This document shows positions 7,704 to 16,719 of a stretch of DNA of 64,000 nucleotides, in pieces. The stretch is from an uncultured Rhodobacteraceae bacterium (GTDB taxonomy: Bacteria > Pseudomonadota > Alphaproteobacteria > Rhodobacterales > Rhodobacteraceae): assembly GCA_938002605.1 (NCBI GenBank), contig CALLAF010000025.1:56638-120637 (forward strand). The letters are read 5' to 3'. Each line of letters starts with the position of its first letter. The stretch's first letter is position 1. Below the pieces are notes generated by a model. That model was given only the letters and a program-made list of their open reading frames with translations. It ran no database searches and was not told the DNA's origin. The position numbers and the translations under genes were made by a program.

Positions 7704-8219
7704 ATGCCTAATCCACAAATTGTAACAACCAAGCGGCTTAGGCTAGAACCTTTTGCGCCCGCGCATACAGATGCATTGTTTGCGATGAATTCCGATCCTG
7801 ATGTGATGCGGTTTCTGGGCGGTGTGCAAACACGTGAACAAACCAAAGAAGGTATCCAAAAGGCCCAGAACCGCTGGGCCGCACAAGGATACGGTTGGTG
7901 GACGGTGTTTTTGAAAGATACCGATGTGGCCATTGGCGCCGCATGCCTGCAAAACCTAGCGCACAAGGATGATGCCCCGCTAGAAATTGGGTGGCGCTTG
8001 ATGACAAAGTATCATGGTAAGGGCTATGCAACCGAAGCCGGACAAGCCGCGATGGATTTCGGTTTTAACCAGATTGGCGTATCCTACATATGCGCCGTTG
8101 CAATCCCAGAAAACGCGGCTTCGCAGCGGGTGATGAAGCGATTAGGGATGCGCTATGTCAACATCCAGGTCCACTACGATGAAATTTGCGCCTATTACGA
8201 GATCGCAAAGCCCGATTAG
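7704..8219 (+). CDS. GNAT-family N-acetyltransferase (RimJ/RimL-like)
   Basis: TKRLRLEPFAPAHTDALFAMNSDPDVMRFLGG plus the acetyl-CoA site HGKGYATEA. Start set at the internal ATG 7704. Confidence 0.85.
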   Translation: MPNPQIVTTKRLRLEPFAPAHTDALFAMNSDPDVMRFLGGVQTREQTKEGIQKAQNRWAAQGYGWWTVFLKDTDVAIGAACLQNLAHKDDAPLEIGWRLMTKYHGKGYATEAGQAAMDFGFNQIGVSYICAVAIPENAASQRVMKRLGMRYVNIQVHYDEICAYYEIAKPD

Positions 8220-8683
8220 AACTTCTCGGGCTGTGCCTCGCGCGCCATGTGATCCAGCACCGCGTTCACGAACTTCGGTTCTTTACCGTCATGTGAAAAC
8301 GCCTCTGACACGGCGACAAATTCGCTGATCACAACTTTGGGCGGGGTGTCGCCCTTTTTCAATTCGGCACCAGCAGCGCGAAATAGCGCGCGCCATGTCG
8401 GATCAATGCGGGCAATCGGCCATTTGGCCACTAGCGCACGGTCCGTCATTTGGTCAATTGCCGCTTGTTCGTTCACGGCCCCATCCATCAAACCGCGAAA
8501 GGTTTCCAGATCGCCTTCGATCATTTCAGCGTCATCATATGTCGCACCAAAGCGGTGATCCTCGAATTCACGCATGACCTGATCGACGGTCTGGCCAGAG
8601 GCCTCCATCTGGAAAAGGGCCTGCACGGCATAGAACCGGGCTGCGGATTTCATTTTGCGACGTTGGTTGTTCGAAATGGTCAT
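8216..8683 (-). CDS. nusB: transcription antitermination factor NusB
   Basis: SAARFYAVQALFQME and the C-terminal helices are typical. The ATG at 8683 overlaps the ribH stop as ATGA. Confidence 0.9.
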   Translation of the reverse strand: MTISNNQRRKMKSAARFYAVQALFQMEASGQTVDQVMREFEDHRFGATYDDAEMIEGDLETFRGLMDGAVNEQAAIDQMTDRALVAKWPIARIDPTWRALFRAAGAELKKGDTPPKVVISEFVAVSEAFSHDGKEPKFVNAVLDHMAREAQPEKF

Positions 8684-9219
8684 GCGTTTGTTTTGCCGTC
8701 TGTTTGACCCGCGAGCAATATTTCTTGGGTAAAGCCCACCGGTTTTTCGGATTGGCCCCACTTACGGGCGAGCGCGACAAGGTGCAAGGCCGCAGCGGCC
8801 GCACCGCCACCTTTATTCATTTGCGCAGGATCTGCGCGCACTTCGGCTTGGGGCCGGTTTTCAACGGTCAGGATGCCATTGCCGATACAAACGCCCTGCA
8901 AGCCCAGTAATTGGATCGCGCGCGAGCTGTCGTTACAGACGGTGTCATAATGGGTTGTTTCACCTCGGACCACACAGCCCAGCGCAACGTAGCCGTCAAA
9001 GTTTGACATGCGCTCCGCAATCCCAATGGCAGTCGGAATTTCAAGCGCGCCGGGGACTTCTACGATATCCCAAGTCGCACCAGCTTTTTCGATTTCAGCC
9101 TTCGCGCCCGCAATCTGATTATCCGAGATGTCCTTGTAGTAAGGTGATGCGACGATCAAGATTTTAACGGGCTTCTCAAACGTGGGCAAAGGCATGATGT
9201 AGTGGGACGGTCCGGCCAT
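8680..9219 (-). CDS. ribH: 6,7-dimethyl-8-ribityllumazine synthase
   Basis: 179 aa. VEVPGALEIP and GETTHYD motifs. Sits between ribBX and nusB. Confidence 0.93.
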   Translation of the reverse strand: MAGPSHYIMPLPTFEKPVKILIVASPYYKDISDNQIAGAKAEIEKAGATWDIVEVPGALEIPTAIGIAERMSNFDGYVALGCVVRGETTHYDTVCNDSSRAIQLLGLQGVCIGNGILTVENRPQAEVRADPAQMNKGGGAAAAALHLVALARKWGQSEKPVGFTQEILLAGQTDGKTNA

Positions 9220-10349
9220 TATCCGATCTCCGAAATTTTACGCGTGCCTGTGATTTCAAGCCCATAGGCATCAAGCCCCACGACTTTTGGCATCGGTGAA
9301 TTGGTAAGAAGTTCAATTTTATGCAGCCCGAGCGAGCTTAGAATTTGCGCGCCCAACCCATATTGGCGCAGCGTCTTGGGTGAGGTTTCGGCATCAGGAT
9401 CGACCTGCATATGCAGATCGCGCAGCAACACGAGCGCCCCACGTCCTTCATCCGCGATGGCTTGCATTGCATCACCAAATTCATTGCGTCGCCCCTTAGG
9501 ACCGGTGCCGATCACATCCAGCATCGGGTCCAGCGCATGCATCCGCACGAGCACGGGATCATCAGTGGCAATATCCCCTTTGACCAATGCTATATGTTCC
9601 GCCCCTTGGGTTTCATCGGTGTAAATCCGCATTTCCCAATCGCCGCCAAATTCAGATTGAATTTGGCTGGTCTCGCGGACGCGCACCAAATTGTCATGAC
9701 GGCGGCGGTAAGCGATCAGATCGCTGATCGTCCCGATTTTGAGTCCGTGCCGCTGCGCAAATGCGATCAGATCAGGCAGGCGCGCCATCTCGCCGTCATC
9801 TTTCATGATCTCACAAATCACACCAGAAGGGTTGAGCCCCGCAAGGCGTGAAATATCAACAGCGGCTTCGGTATGCCCGGCCCGGACCAGAACGCCACCA
9901 TCGCGCGCGCGCAATGGAAACACGTGACCGGGGGTGGCAATATCGGCAGCACCCTTATTGGCATCGATGGCCGTGGCCACAGTGCGCGCGCGATCATGAG
10001 CAGAAATCCCGGTACTTACACCTTCGCGGGCTTCGATACTGACGGTAAATGCTGTCTCATGCCGCGATGAATTATGTGACGCCATCAGCGGCAAGCCCAG
10101 CGCATCAATACGCGATCCCGGCAAGGTCAGGCAAATCAAGCCGCGCCCATGGGTGGCCATAAAGTTGATTGCGTCAGGTGTGGCCATCTGCGCCGGGATC
10201 ACCAAATCGCCTTCGTTTTCGCGGTCCTCATGATCGACCAGCACGAACATACGGCCGTTGCGTGCATCTTCGATAATATCTTCGATCTTGCTAATCGCAC
10301 CCGCCCAATCTTGTTCGACTGGACCGGGCGTTTCGAAATTCTGGCTCAT
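9219..10349 (-). CDS. ribB: 3,4-dihydroxy-2-butanone-4-phosphate synthase fused to a degenerate GTP-cyclohydrolase-II-like domain (RibBX type)
   Basis: N-terminal DHBPS motifs DRENEGDLV and GHTEAAVD are present. The C-terminal RibA-like half has no Zn-binding Cys triad and in fact no Cys at all in the aligned segment. Start set at ATG 10349 (MSQNFETPG...). Confidence 0.9.
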   Translation of the reverse strand: MSQNFETPGPVEQDWAGAISKIEDIIEDARNGRMFVLVDHEDRENEGDLVIPAQMATPDAINFMATHGRGLICLTLPGSRIDALGLPLMASHNSSRHETAFTVSIEAREGVSTGISAHDRARTVATAIDANKGAADIATPGHVFPLRARDGGVLVRAGHTEAAVDISRLAGLNPSGVICEIMKDDGEMARLPDLIAFAQRHGLKIGTISDLIAYRRRHDNLVRVRETSQIQSEFGGDWEMRIYTDETQGAEHIALVKGDIATDDPVLVRMHALDPMLDVIGTGPKGRRNEFGDAMQAIADEGRGALVLLRDLHMQVDPDAETSPKTLRQYGLGAQILSSLGLHKIELLTNSPMPKVVGLDAYGLEITGTRKISEIG

Positions 10350-10406
10350 GCGGATCCCCGAAAAATAAGTCCTCTCGCAGATAGACCAGCAACCGTCCTT
10401 TGAAAA

Positions 10407-10476
10407 GGGTGGTGGATCAAGATCCACCCTACGACGTTGCGATCACTGCCCCCGTAGGGTGGATTTCAATCCACCG
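10407..10476. repeat. nested triple palindrome (REP-like element) built from GGGTGGAT units
   Basis: Gene-strand RNA reads GGUGGAU-UGAA-AUCCACC, then CUACG-18 nt-CGUAG, then GGUGGAU-CUUG-AUCCACC. The middle 12-nt arms (AUCCACCCUACG / CGUAGGGUGGAU) compete with both small hairpins. Confidence 0.6.
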
Positions 10477-11032
10477 CCTGCGCGAAATACACATCGGCTG
10501 GCAAATAGCCGGCCATTTTGCCCGTTTCGACCCACTCGCGCTCAAACGCCGTATCGCCAACTAAGATGACCCGCCCCGAAGGGATAAGCGTATCGCGCGC
10601 AATAGCCCCGAACTGATCCCGCACAGCAGACCAGCTATCGGCAAACTTAGGCGCGCGGTAAGCGTCATCGATCTGAGGGAGTGCCGCCAATTGCGCCACT
10701 GATATCGGCGCATGCGCCAAACCGATACGCCGCACACCGGTCAGCGCATCCAACTTATCCGCCCGCTTAGCCGACATCACCTGCCCCGCACGCAAAATCC
10801 GTAGCGCATTGTTTGAGAACATAAAGCCAATCACATCATCGCCAGAACTGGCCCGAATACCCGCATATGTCTTGTATGGTAGACCAAGCTGTGCTGCCCG
10901 GCGCACCCGCATGCGAATGACCTCGATCGGCAGGGTCGGCATCAGTTGCCTACGCGCTTTGGTCCAGACATGTTTGCGCCAGCTATGGCCAGGCGCAATC
11001 ACCCGCCCTGAATTATGTCCGATCCCCGCCAT
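10466..11032 (-). CDS. hypothetical protein embedded in the riboflavin operon (188 aa)
   Basis: The ATG at 11032 overlaps the ribE stop (TGATG). Sequence starts MAGIGHNSGRVIAPGHSWRKHVW... I recognise no motif. Codon usage looks native. Confidence 0.6.
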   Translation of the reverse strand: MAGIGHNSGRVIAPGHSWRKHVWTKARRQLMPTLPIEVIRMRVRRAAQLGLPYKTYAGIRASSGDDVIGFMFSNNALRILRAGQVMSAKRADKLDALTGVRRIGLAHAPISVAQLAALPQIDDAYRAPKFADSWSAVRDQFGAIARDTLIPSGRVILVGDTAFEREWVETGKMAGYLPADVYFAQAVD

Positions 11033-11628
11033 CACGCAAATTCCTGCAACCGCGCCACGTAGCGTGCCATTGTGTCGATCTCGATGTTGATCATATCCCC
11101 TACCTCGACATCGCCCCAAGTCGTTGCGGTTTTCGTGTGGGGGATAAAGTTGATCCCAAACTCTGCGCCTGACACTTCGTTTACCGTCAACGACGTCCCG
11201 TTCAGTGCAACCGAACCTTTTGGCGCAATAAATTTGGCAAGCCCTTCGGGCGCTCGGAATGTCACCCGGGTGCTATCACCTTCATCATGCATTGCAATCA
11301 CCTGCGCGACCCCGTCCACATGGCCTGACACAATATGACCGCCCAGCTCATCCCCGACCTTTAGCGCGCGTTCAAGGTTCAGCCGCGTTCCCACGGCCCA
11401 ATTGCCAACATTGGTTGCGCCCACGGTCTCGGCTGAGATTTCGACATCAAACCAGTTGCGCGGCGCGGCGCCCAGCGCGATCACCGTCAGGCATACGCCG
11501 TTGCAGGCAATAGAAGCCCCGATATCGATCCCGTCAACATCATACCCCGTCGCAATCCGCGCGCGCAGATCGCCGCGTTGCTCAAGCGTGATCACCTCGC
11601 CGATATCTGTAACAATACCTGTAAACAT
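11032..11628 (-). CDS. ribE: riboflavin synthase (alpha chain)
   Basis: 198 aa. MFTGIVTDIGEV and an internal duplicated lumazine-binding repeat (GHIVSGHVDG). Confidence 0.93.
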   Translation of the reverse strand: MFTGIVTDIGEVITLEQRGDLRARIATGYDVDGIDIGASIACNGVCLTVIALGAAPRNWFDVEISAETVGATNVGNWAVGTRLNLERALKVGDELGGHIVSGHVDGVAQVIAMHDEGDSTRVTFRAPEGLAKFIAPKGSVALNGTSLTVNEVSGAEFGINFIPHTKTATTWGDVEVGDMINIEIDTMARYVARLQEFA

Positions 11629-11758
11629 GCGCGCGTCCTTCTTTTATAGCCCTTTTGACCTAGCCCGTGTCGCCCCCCCGCGCAAGCATCTGCGCATCAT
11701 CATATCTTAACGGTTAAGCGCTTACCTCGGCGCATCCGAGCCGCTATAGACGTAGATA

Positions 11759-13030
11759 ATGAATACGCAGCGCAACTTTTTGTTTCTTCAGGGGCCGCAC
11801 GGGCCGTTCTTTGCACAGCTCGCAGCCATGTTGCGCGCGGCAGGCGCAGATGTGCACCGCGTTGGATTTAACGCAGGCGACCGTGTGTTTTGGGGACGTA
11901 TGCCCAACTATATCCCCTACCGGGGGGCGCCTGTAGACTGGCCGAAACACCTGCAAGACATTCTGCGCAACCGCACGATCACCGATATCGTCGTCTATGG
12001 CGACACCCGCCCAATCCATGCGCAGGCCGTTGCCGCAGCTAAGACCGCAGGTATCCGTGTCCATGTATTTGAAGAAGGGTATTTGCGCCCCTATTGGGTC
12101 ACTTATGAGCGCGACGGGTCAAACGGATATTCCGAATTGATGGGATTGCAAGTCGCGGACATGCGCCAAAGGCTTGCCGCAGGTACAACCGATATTCCAA
12201 CCCCGCCATCCCATTGGGGGGATATGCGCCAGCACATTTTTTACGGGGCACTTTACCACTGGTTTGTGATGTTCTGGAACCGTGGCTACCCACAGTTCAA
12301 ACCCCACCGCGCGCTCCCCATTCACCGCGAGGCACTTTTATATTCAAAACGCCTTGGCCTAATGCCGTTTCTCGCACTCAGCCGCATTTACGCCACCTAT
12401 AAGATCAAAAAGGCGGGCTACCCCTATCACATCGCGCTGTTGCAGCTTGAACATGACGCGAGCTTTCGTGCGCATTCGCCGTTTGAAGATATGCAGGCAT
12501 TTTTGGCGCTTGTGATTGACGGGTTTGCGCAGGGGGCCAAGGCGCATCACCATCTGGTTTTTAAAGCCCATCCGTTAGAAAATGGGCAATCCCCTTTACG
12601 CAAAATGATCCGTGATCTTGCAGGCGCCAAAGGGATCGCGAACCGGGTGCATTATGTGCGCGGCGGTAAGCTTGCTGGGCTATTGGCGCAAGCGCGCAGC
12701 GCCGTCACCGTGAACTCCACGGCGGGACAACAAGCACTGTGGCGCGGCATACCGCTGCGCGCCTTTGGTACGGCAGTTTATTCGAAACCTGAATTTGTAT
12801 CAGACCAACCCCTGCCTGCATTTTTCGCGAATCCAACGCGACCCGACGCAGATGCCTATCGCCACTATCGTCAGTTTTTACTGCAAACCTCGCAGATCCC
12901 TGGCGGCTTCTATGCGATTAAGGGCCGCCGTCAGCTAAAACGTCAGCTAGTTGATAAAATGCTCAGCGACACAGGCCCCTATGCAAGCACGCAGGCTCCA
13001 TCGCATGCCACATTCAAGGTTGTAAGCTAA
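11759..13030 (+). CDS. kpsS: capsular polysaccharide Kdo-linker transferase KpsS
   Basis: 423 aa. FLFLQGPHGPFF...VFEEGYLRP closely parallels the E. coli KpsS N-terminus (Capsule_synth family). Confidence 0.88.
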   Translation: MNTQRNFLFLQGPHGPFFAQLAAMLRAAGADVHRVGFNAGDRVFWGRMPNYIPYRGAPVDWPKHLQDILRNRTITDIVVYGDTRPIHAQAVAAAKTAGIRVHVFEEGYLRPYWVTYERDGSNGYSELMGLQVADMRQRLAAGTTDIPTPPSHWGDMRQHIFYGALYHWFVMFWNRGYPQFKPHRALPIHREALLYSKRLGLMPFLALSRIYATYKIKKAGYPYHIALLQLEHDASFRAHSPFEDMQAFLALVIDGFAQGAKAHHHLVFKAHPLENGQSPLRKMIRDLAGAKGIANRVHYVRGGKLAGLLAQARSAVTVNSTAGQQALWRGIPLRAFGTAVYSKPEFVSDQPLPAFFANPTRPDADAYRHYRQFLLQTSQIPGGFYAIKGRRQLKRQLVDKMLSDTGPYASTQAPSHATFKVVS

Positions 13031-13034
13031 GCTG

Positions 13035-15035
13035 ATGCCCGCACCCGACCGTAAGAACCTCTTTGTCTATAATGGCGGGCTTTTGACCAAGGGGCGTGTG
13101 CGCCGCATTGTTGAACTTGCGGGATTTGACATTCGGCTTGGCGTTCCCGGCGACTGCGATTTTGTAGGGGTCTGGGGGCATAGCCCCACTGCGCCGCGCG
13201 GCGAAGCCATGGCCGATCACAAAGACGCCGATATTGTGCGGGTGGAAGACACGTTCTTGCGCTCGGTTCGTTTGGGGCGCGATGGTGACGCGCCCATCGG
13301 GTTGAATATCGACATGCGCGGCGTGCATTTTGATCCCAACACCCCATCTGACCTCGAAACGATTCTGACCGAGAATCCGCTTGATAACACCGCACTTTTG
13401 AATCGCGCCCGCGCGGGAATAGAAACGCTCAAATCGGGGCATCTGTCTAAATACAACGCCTACGACCCCGCGCTGCCCCCGCCTGATCCGGGCTATGTTC
13501 TTGTTGTCGATCAAACGCGCAAGGATGCATCAATCAAGGCCAGTGGCGCAGATAGCAACACGTTCCGCGAGATGCTGTTTTTCGCATTGACCGAACATCC
13601 GGGCGCGCGCGTCATCATCAAAACCCACCCCGAAACCGCGGCCGGGCACCGGGAAGGATATTTTACCGAAAAAGACTGTGACAGCCGTATTCAGCTATGC
13701 GATGCGCCGCTATCGCCTTGGGCGCTTCTTGAAGGGGCGATTGCCGTCTATACGGTGACCTCGCAACTTGGCTTCGAAGCAATTTTGGCCGGGCATAAAC
13801 CTGTGGTCTTTGGCCAACCGTTCTATATGGGATGGGGGCTGTCTGATGACCGCAAACCGTTGCAACGCAGGCAACGCAGGCTGACGCGCGCGCAGCTCTT
13901 TGCAGGGGCAATGCTGATCTATCCCAAATGGTACGACCCGTTCCATGACCGCTTGTGCAGCTTTGAAGAGGCCACCGCGACCCTAGCCGCGTCTGCGCGG
14001 GCATGGCGCGACGATCACAAAGGGTGGGTCGCTGCCGACATGCGCTTGTGGAAACGCGCGCCACTGCAAAAACTGTTTGGCACGCAAAAGCGCGTTATCT
14101 TTACTAAAGGCAAATCCGCCGCACGACGCGCGGATAGTTCTGGCCGTCAATTGATGCGTTGGGCCAACACAGGCGCCACCGATGCCACATTGCTCGAAGA
14201 CGGCTTTTTGCGATCCCGGGGGTTGGGCGCAGATTTGATCGCCCCACTCAGCCTCGTGTTAGATAAAATCGGCATATACTATGACGCGACACGGCCCAGC
14301 GGGCTCGAAAACTTGATCAATAGCGCGGCAGATTTGCGCGAAGATGAACGCGCAAGGGCCGCCGCATTGATCTCGCGTATCCTTGATGCGGGTCTGTCGA
14401 AATATAATCTGTCGAAACAAACCCCCATCGACATGCCAAAAGGACGCCGCATTCTTGTGCCCGGACAGGTCGAAGATGATGCCTCTATCCGGCTGGGCTG
14501 CACAGATGTCAGCACAAACCAAGGCCTGCTACAAGCCGCACGCGCCGCGAACCCTGCGGCGATCATCGCCTATAAACCTCACCCAGATGTCGAGGCAGGG
14601 CTGCGCCCCGGCGCAGTGCCCGGCGCGCTGCAATGGGCCGATATCATTCTTGCTGACGTCGATCCGATAGCCGTGCTTGATCACGTCGATGAGATTTGGA
14701 CCCTGACATCGCTTTTGGGGTTCGAGGCCCTGTTACGCGGCAAAAAAGTCACCTGTTTGGGGATGCCATTTTATGCGGGTTGGGGGCTGACCGATGATCG
14801 GGCCCTGCCAATCCCACGCCGCCACGCGCGGGTTGATATTGTTGCGCTGACCCATGCCGCGCTGATCGCCTATCCACGCTATTTTGATCCGATCACCGGG
14901 TTGCCCTGCCCGGTCGAAGTAGTTGTCGACAGGCTTGAAAACAACGATTTACCCGCGCCGGGCAAGATGAACCGTAGCCTTGCAAAACTGCAAGGCATCT
15001 TCGCAAGTCGCGCGCATCTTTGGCGCAGGCGCTAA
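13035..15035 (+). CDS. kpsC: capsular polysaccharide Kdo-linker transferase KpsC (two Capsule_synth domains)
   Basis: 666 aa with duplicated modules, each carrying a ...KPHPE/D...T..S.LGFEA..-type motif. Lies 4 nt after kpsS. Confidence 0.88.
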   Translation: MPAPDRKNLFVYNGGLLTKGRVRRIVELAGFDIRLGVPGDCDFVGVWGHSPTAPRGEAMADHKDADIVRVEDTFLRSVRLGRDGDAPIGLNIDMRGVHFDPNTPSDLETILTENPLDNTALLNRARAGIETLKSGHLSKYNAYDPALPPPDPGYVLVVDQTRKDASIKASGADSNTFREMLFFALTEHPGARVIIKTHPETAAGHREGYFTEKDCDSRIQLCDAPLSPWALLEGAIAVYTVTSQLGFEAILAGHKPVVFGQPFYMGWGLSDDRKPLQRRQRRLTRAQLFAGAMLIYPKWYDPFHDRLCSFEEATATLAASARAWRDDHKGWVAADMRLWKRAPLQKLFGTQKRVIFTKGKSAARRADSSGRQLMRWANTGATDATLLEDGFLRSRGLGADLIAPLSLVLDKIGIYYDATRPSGLENLINSAADLREDERARAAALISRILDAGLSKYNLSKQTPIDMPKGRRILVPGQVEDDASIRLGCTDVSTNQGLLQAARAANPAAIIAYKPHPDVEAGLRPGAVPGALQWADIILADVDPIAVLDHVDEIWTLTSLLGFEALLRGKKVTCLGMPFYAGWGLTDDRALPIPRRHARVDIVALTHAALIAYPRYFDPITGLPCPVEVVVDRLENNDLPAPGKMNRSLAKLQGIFASRAHLWRRR

Positions 15036-16120
15036 TCCCGTCGCCAGCTATGCATGATATCCCCGCCCAAGGGCTGCACCTGCTCTAATTCAAAGCGCGG
15101 GGCATGATCCAATCGATCAACTCCCATTGCGGCCAGCGACGGCGTGCCTTCAGCCCCCATGGCCATGCCTGCGGTAAACACGACCAAGCGGTCCACCAGC
15201 CCCGCAGACAAAAGCGACGCTGCCAACATACCGCCTCCCTCGCAAAAAACGCGGGTAATACCCTTGTCGGAAAGGGCTGTCATCGCCGCAACGGGGTCAA
15301 CCTGCCCGGCAGTAACGTCGCACGGAAGGCTGATCGCCCCCTTTTCCACCCATGCAGAGGCATCGCAGGTTTTCCCGTGGCATAGCCACACAGGTGTCTC
15401 ATGTGCGGATTGTGCCAAATGGCAATCTGCGCTGATCTTCATGCCGCGTGACACCACCACCCGCACGGGTTGACGGTCAATCCCCAAGCCGCGCACGGTC
15501 AAGGTTGGATCATCCGCCCGCACCGTTCCCGCACCAACCATCACCGCATCGTGACGCGCGCGCATCATATGAACGGCACGGCGGGCCTCAGGCCCAGTAA
15601 TCCATTGGCTTTCACCGGTCGCGGTCGCGATGCGCCCATCCAACGTCCCCGCGAGTTTGAGCGTCACAAAGGGGCGCTTTTCAACAATGCGCAGTAAGAA
15701 ACCGGCATGATCAGCCCGCGCTTGATCAGCCAAGACATCGGTTGTCACCGCAATCCCCGCTGCGCGCAGCATTTCAACGCCGCGACCCGCGACGCGCGGA
15801 TCAGGATCCCCCAAAGCAATCACCACGCGACCAACCCCCGCTGCGATCAGGGCCGCAGCACAGGGCGGTGTTTTGCCGTGATGGGCGCAAGGTTCTAATG
15901 AAACATAGACCGTTGCACCACGCGCGGCCTCCCCCGCTTGCGCCAAGGCGACCGGCTCTGCATGCGGGCGCCCGCCATCGGCGGTGCGGCCTCGCCCCAC
16001 AATCACCCCATCGCGGACAATCACACAGCCCACCGCAGGGTTCGGCCACACGCGGCCCATCCCACGCCGCCCTAAATTCAGGGCCAGCGCCATAAATCTT
16101 TCGTCAGATTTTAGGGTCAC
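15032..16120 (-). CDS. ribD: bifunctional diaminohydroxyphosphoribosylaminopyrimidine deaminase / 5-amino-6-(5-phosphoribosylamino)uracil reductase
   Basis: Deaminase Zn motifs HAE and [11 protein letters not shown], followed by the reductase domain. The GTG start overlaps the nrdR stop (GTGA). Confidence 0.93.
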   Translation of the reverse strand: MTLKSDERFMALALNLGRRGMGRVWPNPAVGCVIVRDGVIVGRGRTADGGRPHAEPVALAQAGEAARGATVYVSLEPCAHHGKTPPCAAALIAAGVGRVVIALGDPDPRVAGRGVEMLRAAGIAVTTDVLADQARADHAGFLLRIVEKRPFVTLKLAGTLDGRIATATGESQWITGPEARRAVHMMRARHDAVMVGAGTVRADDPTLTVRGLGIDRQPVRVVVSRGMKISADCHLAQSAHETPVWLCHGKTCDASAWVEKGAISLPCDVTAGQVDPVAAMTALSDKGITRVFCEGGGMLAASLLSAGLVDRLVVFTAGMAMGAEGTPSLAAMGVDRLDHAPRFELEQVQPLGGDIMHSWRRD

Positions 16121-16584
16121 TCTTTTTCAGGATCGCTAGGGCGTAGCTCACTGACAAATTTGTCAAAATCATCCGCCGCTTGGAAATTCTTATAAACGCT
16201 CGCAAAGCGCACATAGGCCACAGTATCGATCCGCGCGAGGCTTTCCATCACGATTTCACCGATAGTGCCTGAGGGAATATCGGTTTCGCCCATGCTTTCA
16301 AGGCGGCGCACGATCCCGCTGATCATCTGATCAATGCGATCAGGTTCAACGGGGCGCTTTTGAAGCGCAATGCGGATAGAGCGTTCAAGCTTGGGACGAT
16401 CAAAATCTTCGCGCCTACCATTGGTTTTGATCACAACCAAATCACGCAGTTGCACACGCTCATAGGTCGTAAAGCGCCCGCCGCAGGCGGGGCACAAACG
16501 CCGCCGCCGGATTGCAGAATGATCTTCGGCAGGTCGTGAATCTTTGACTTGAGTGTCAACATTTCCGCAAAAAGGGCAGCGCAT
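16117..16584 (-). CDS. nrdR: transcriptional repressor NrdR
   Basis: MRCPFCGN...[12 protein letters not shown] zinc ribbon plus an ATP-cone domain. Confidence 0.95.
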   Translation of the reverse strand: MRCPFCGNVDTQVKDSRPAEDHSAIRRRRLCPACGGRFTTYERVQLRDLVVIKTNGRREDFDRPKLERSIRIALQKRPVEPDRIDQMISGIVRRLESMGETDIPSGTIGEIVMESLARIDTVAYVRFASVYKNFQAADDFDKFVSELRPSDPEKE

Positions 16585-16719
16585 ATCCGGTCCTCATCAG
16601 CTCGCAATGGGGCACGCCCCAAGTTATCCACAGGCACTATAGGAACCATCGCAGGTTTTGGGTAGTAGGCAATTCACACCGCTACATAGAGCGTACGAAC
16701 CGTTGCGAAATAGACTCGG

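Noticed and set aside
10350-10465. I looked for an FMN (RFN) riboswitch upstream of ribBX, and also upstream of ribE at 11629-11758.
   Set aside because: None of the conserved RFN core strings or the multi-stem architecture is present. Only the GGGTGGAT palindromes are there, and these are reported separately.
13862-13879. Tandem 9-mer GCAACGCAG x2 inside kpsC.
   Set aside because: It simply encodes QRRQRR within the reading frame, with no evidence of independent function.
16585-16719. Possible NrdR box (CACTATAGG) upstream of nrdR.
   Set aside because: Only a partial half-site match to the 16-bp NrdR palindrome, with no tandem second box.
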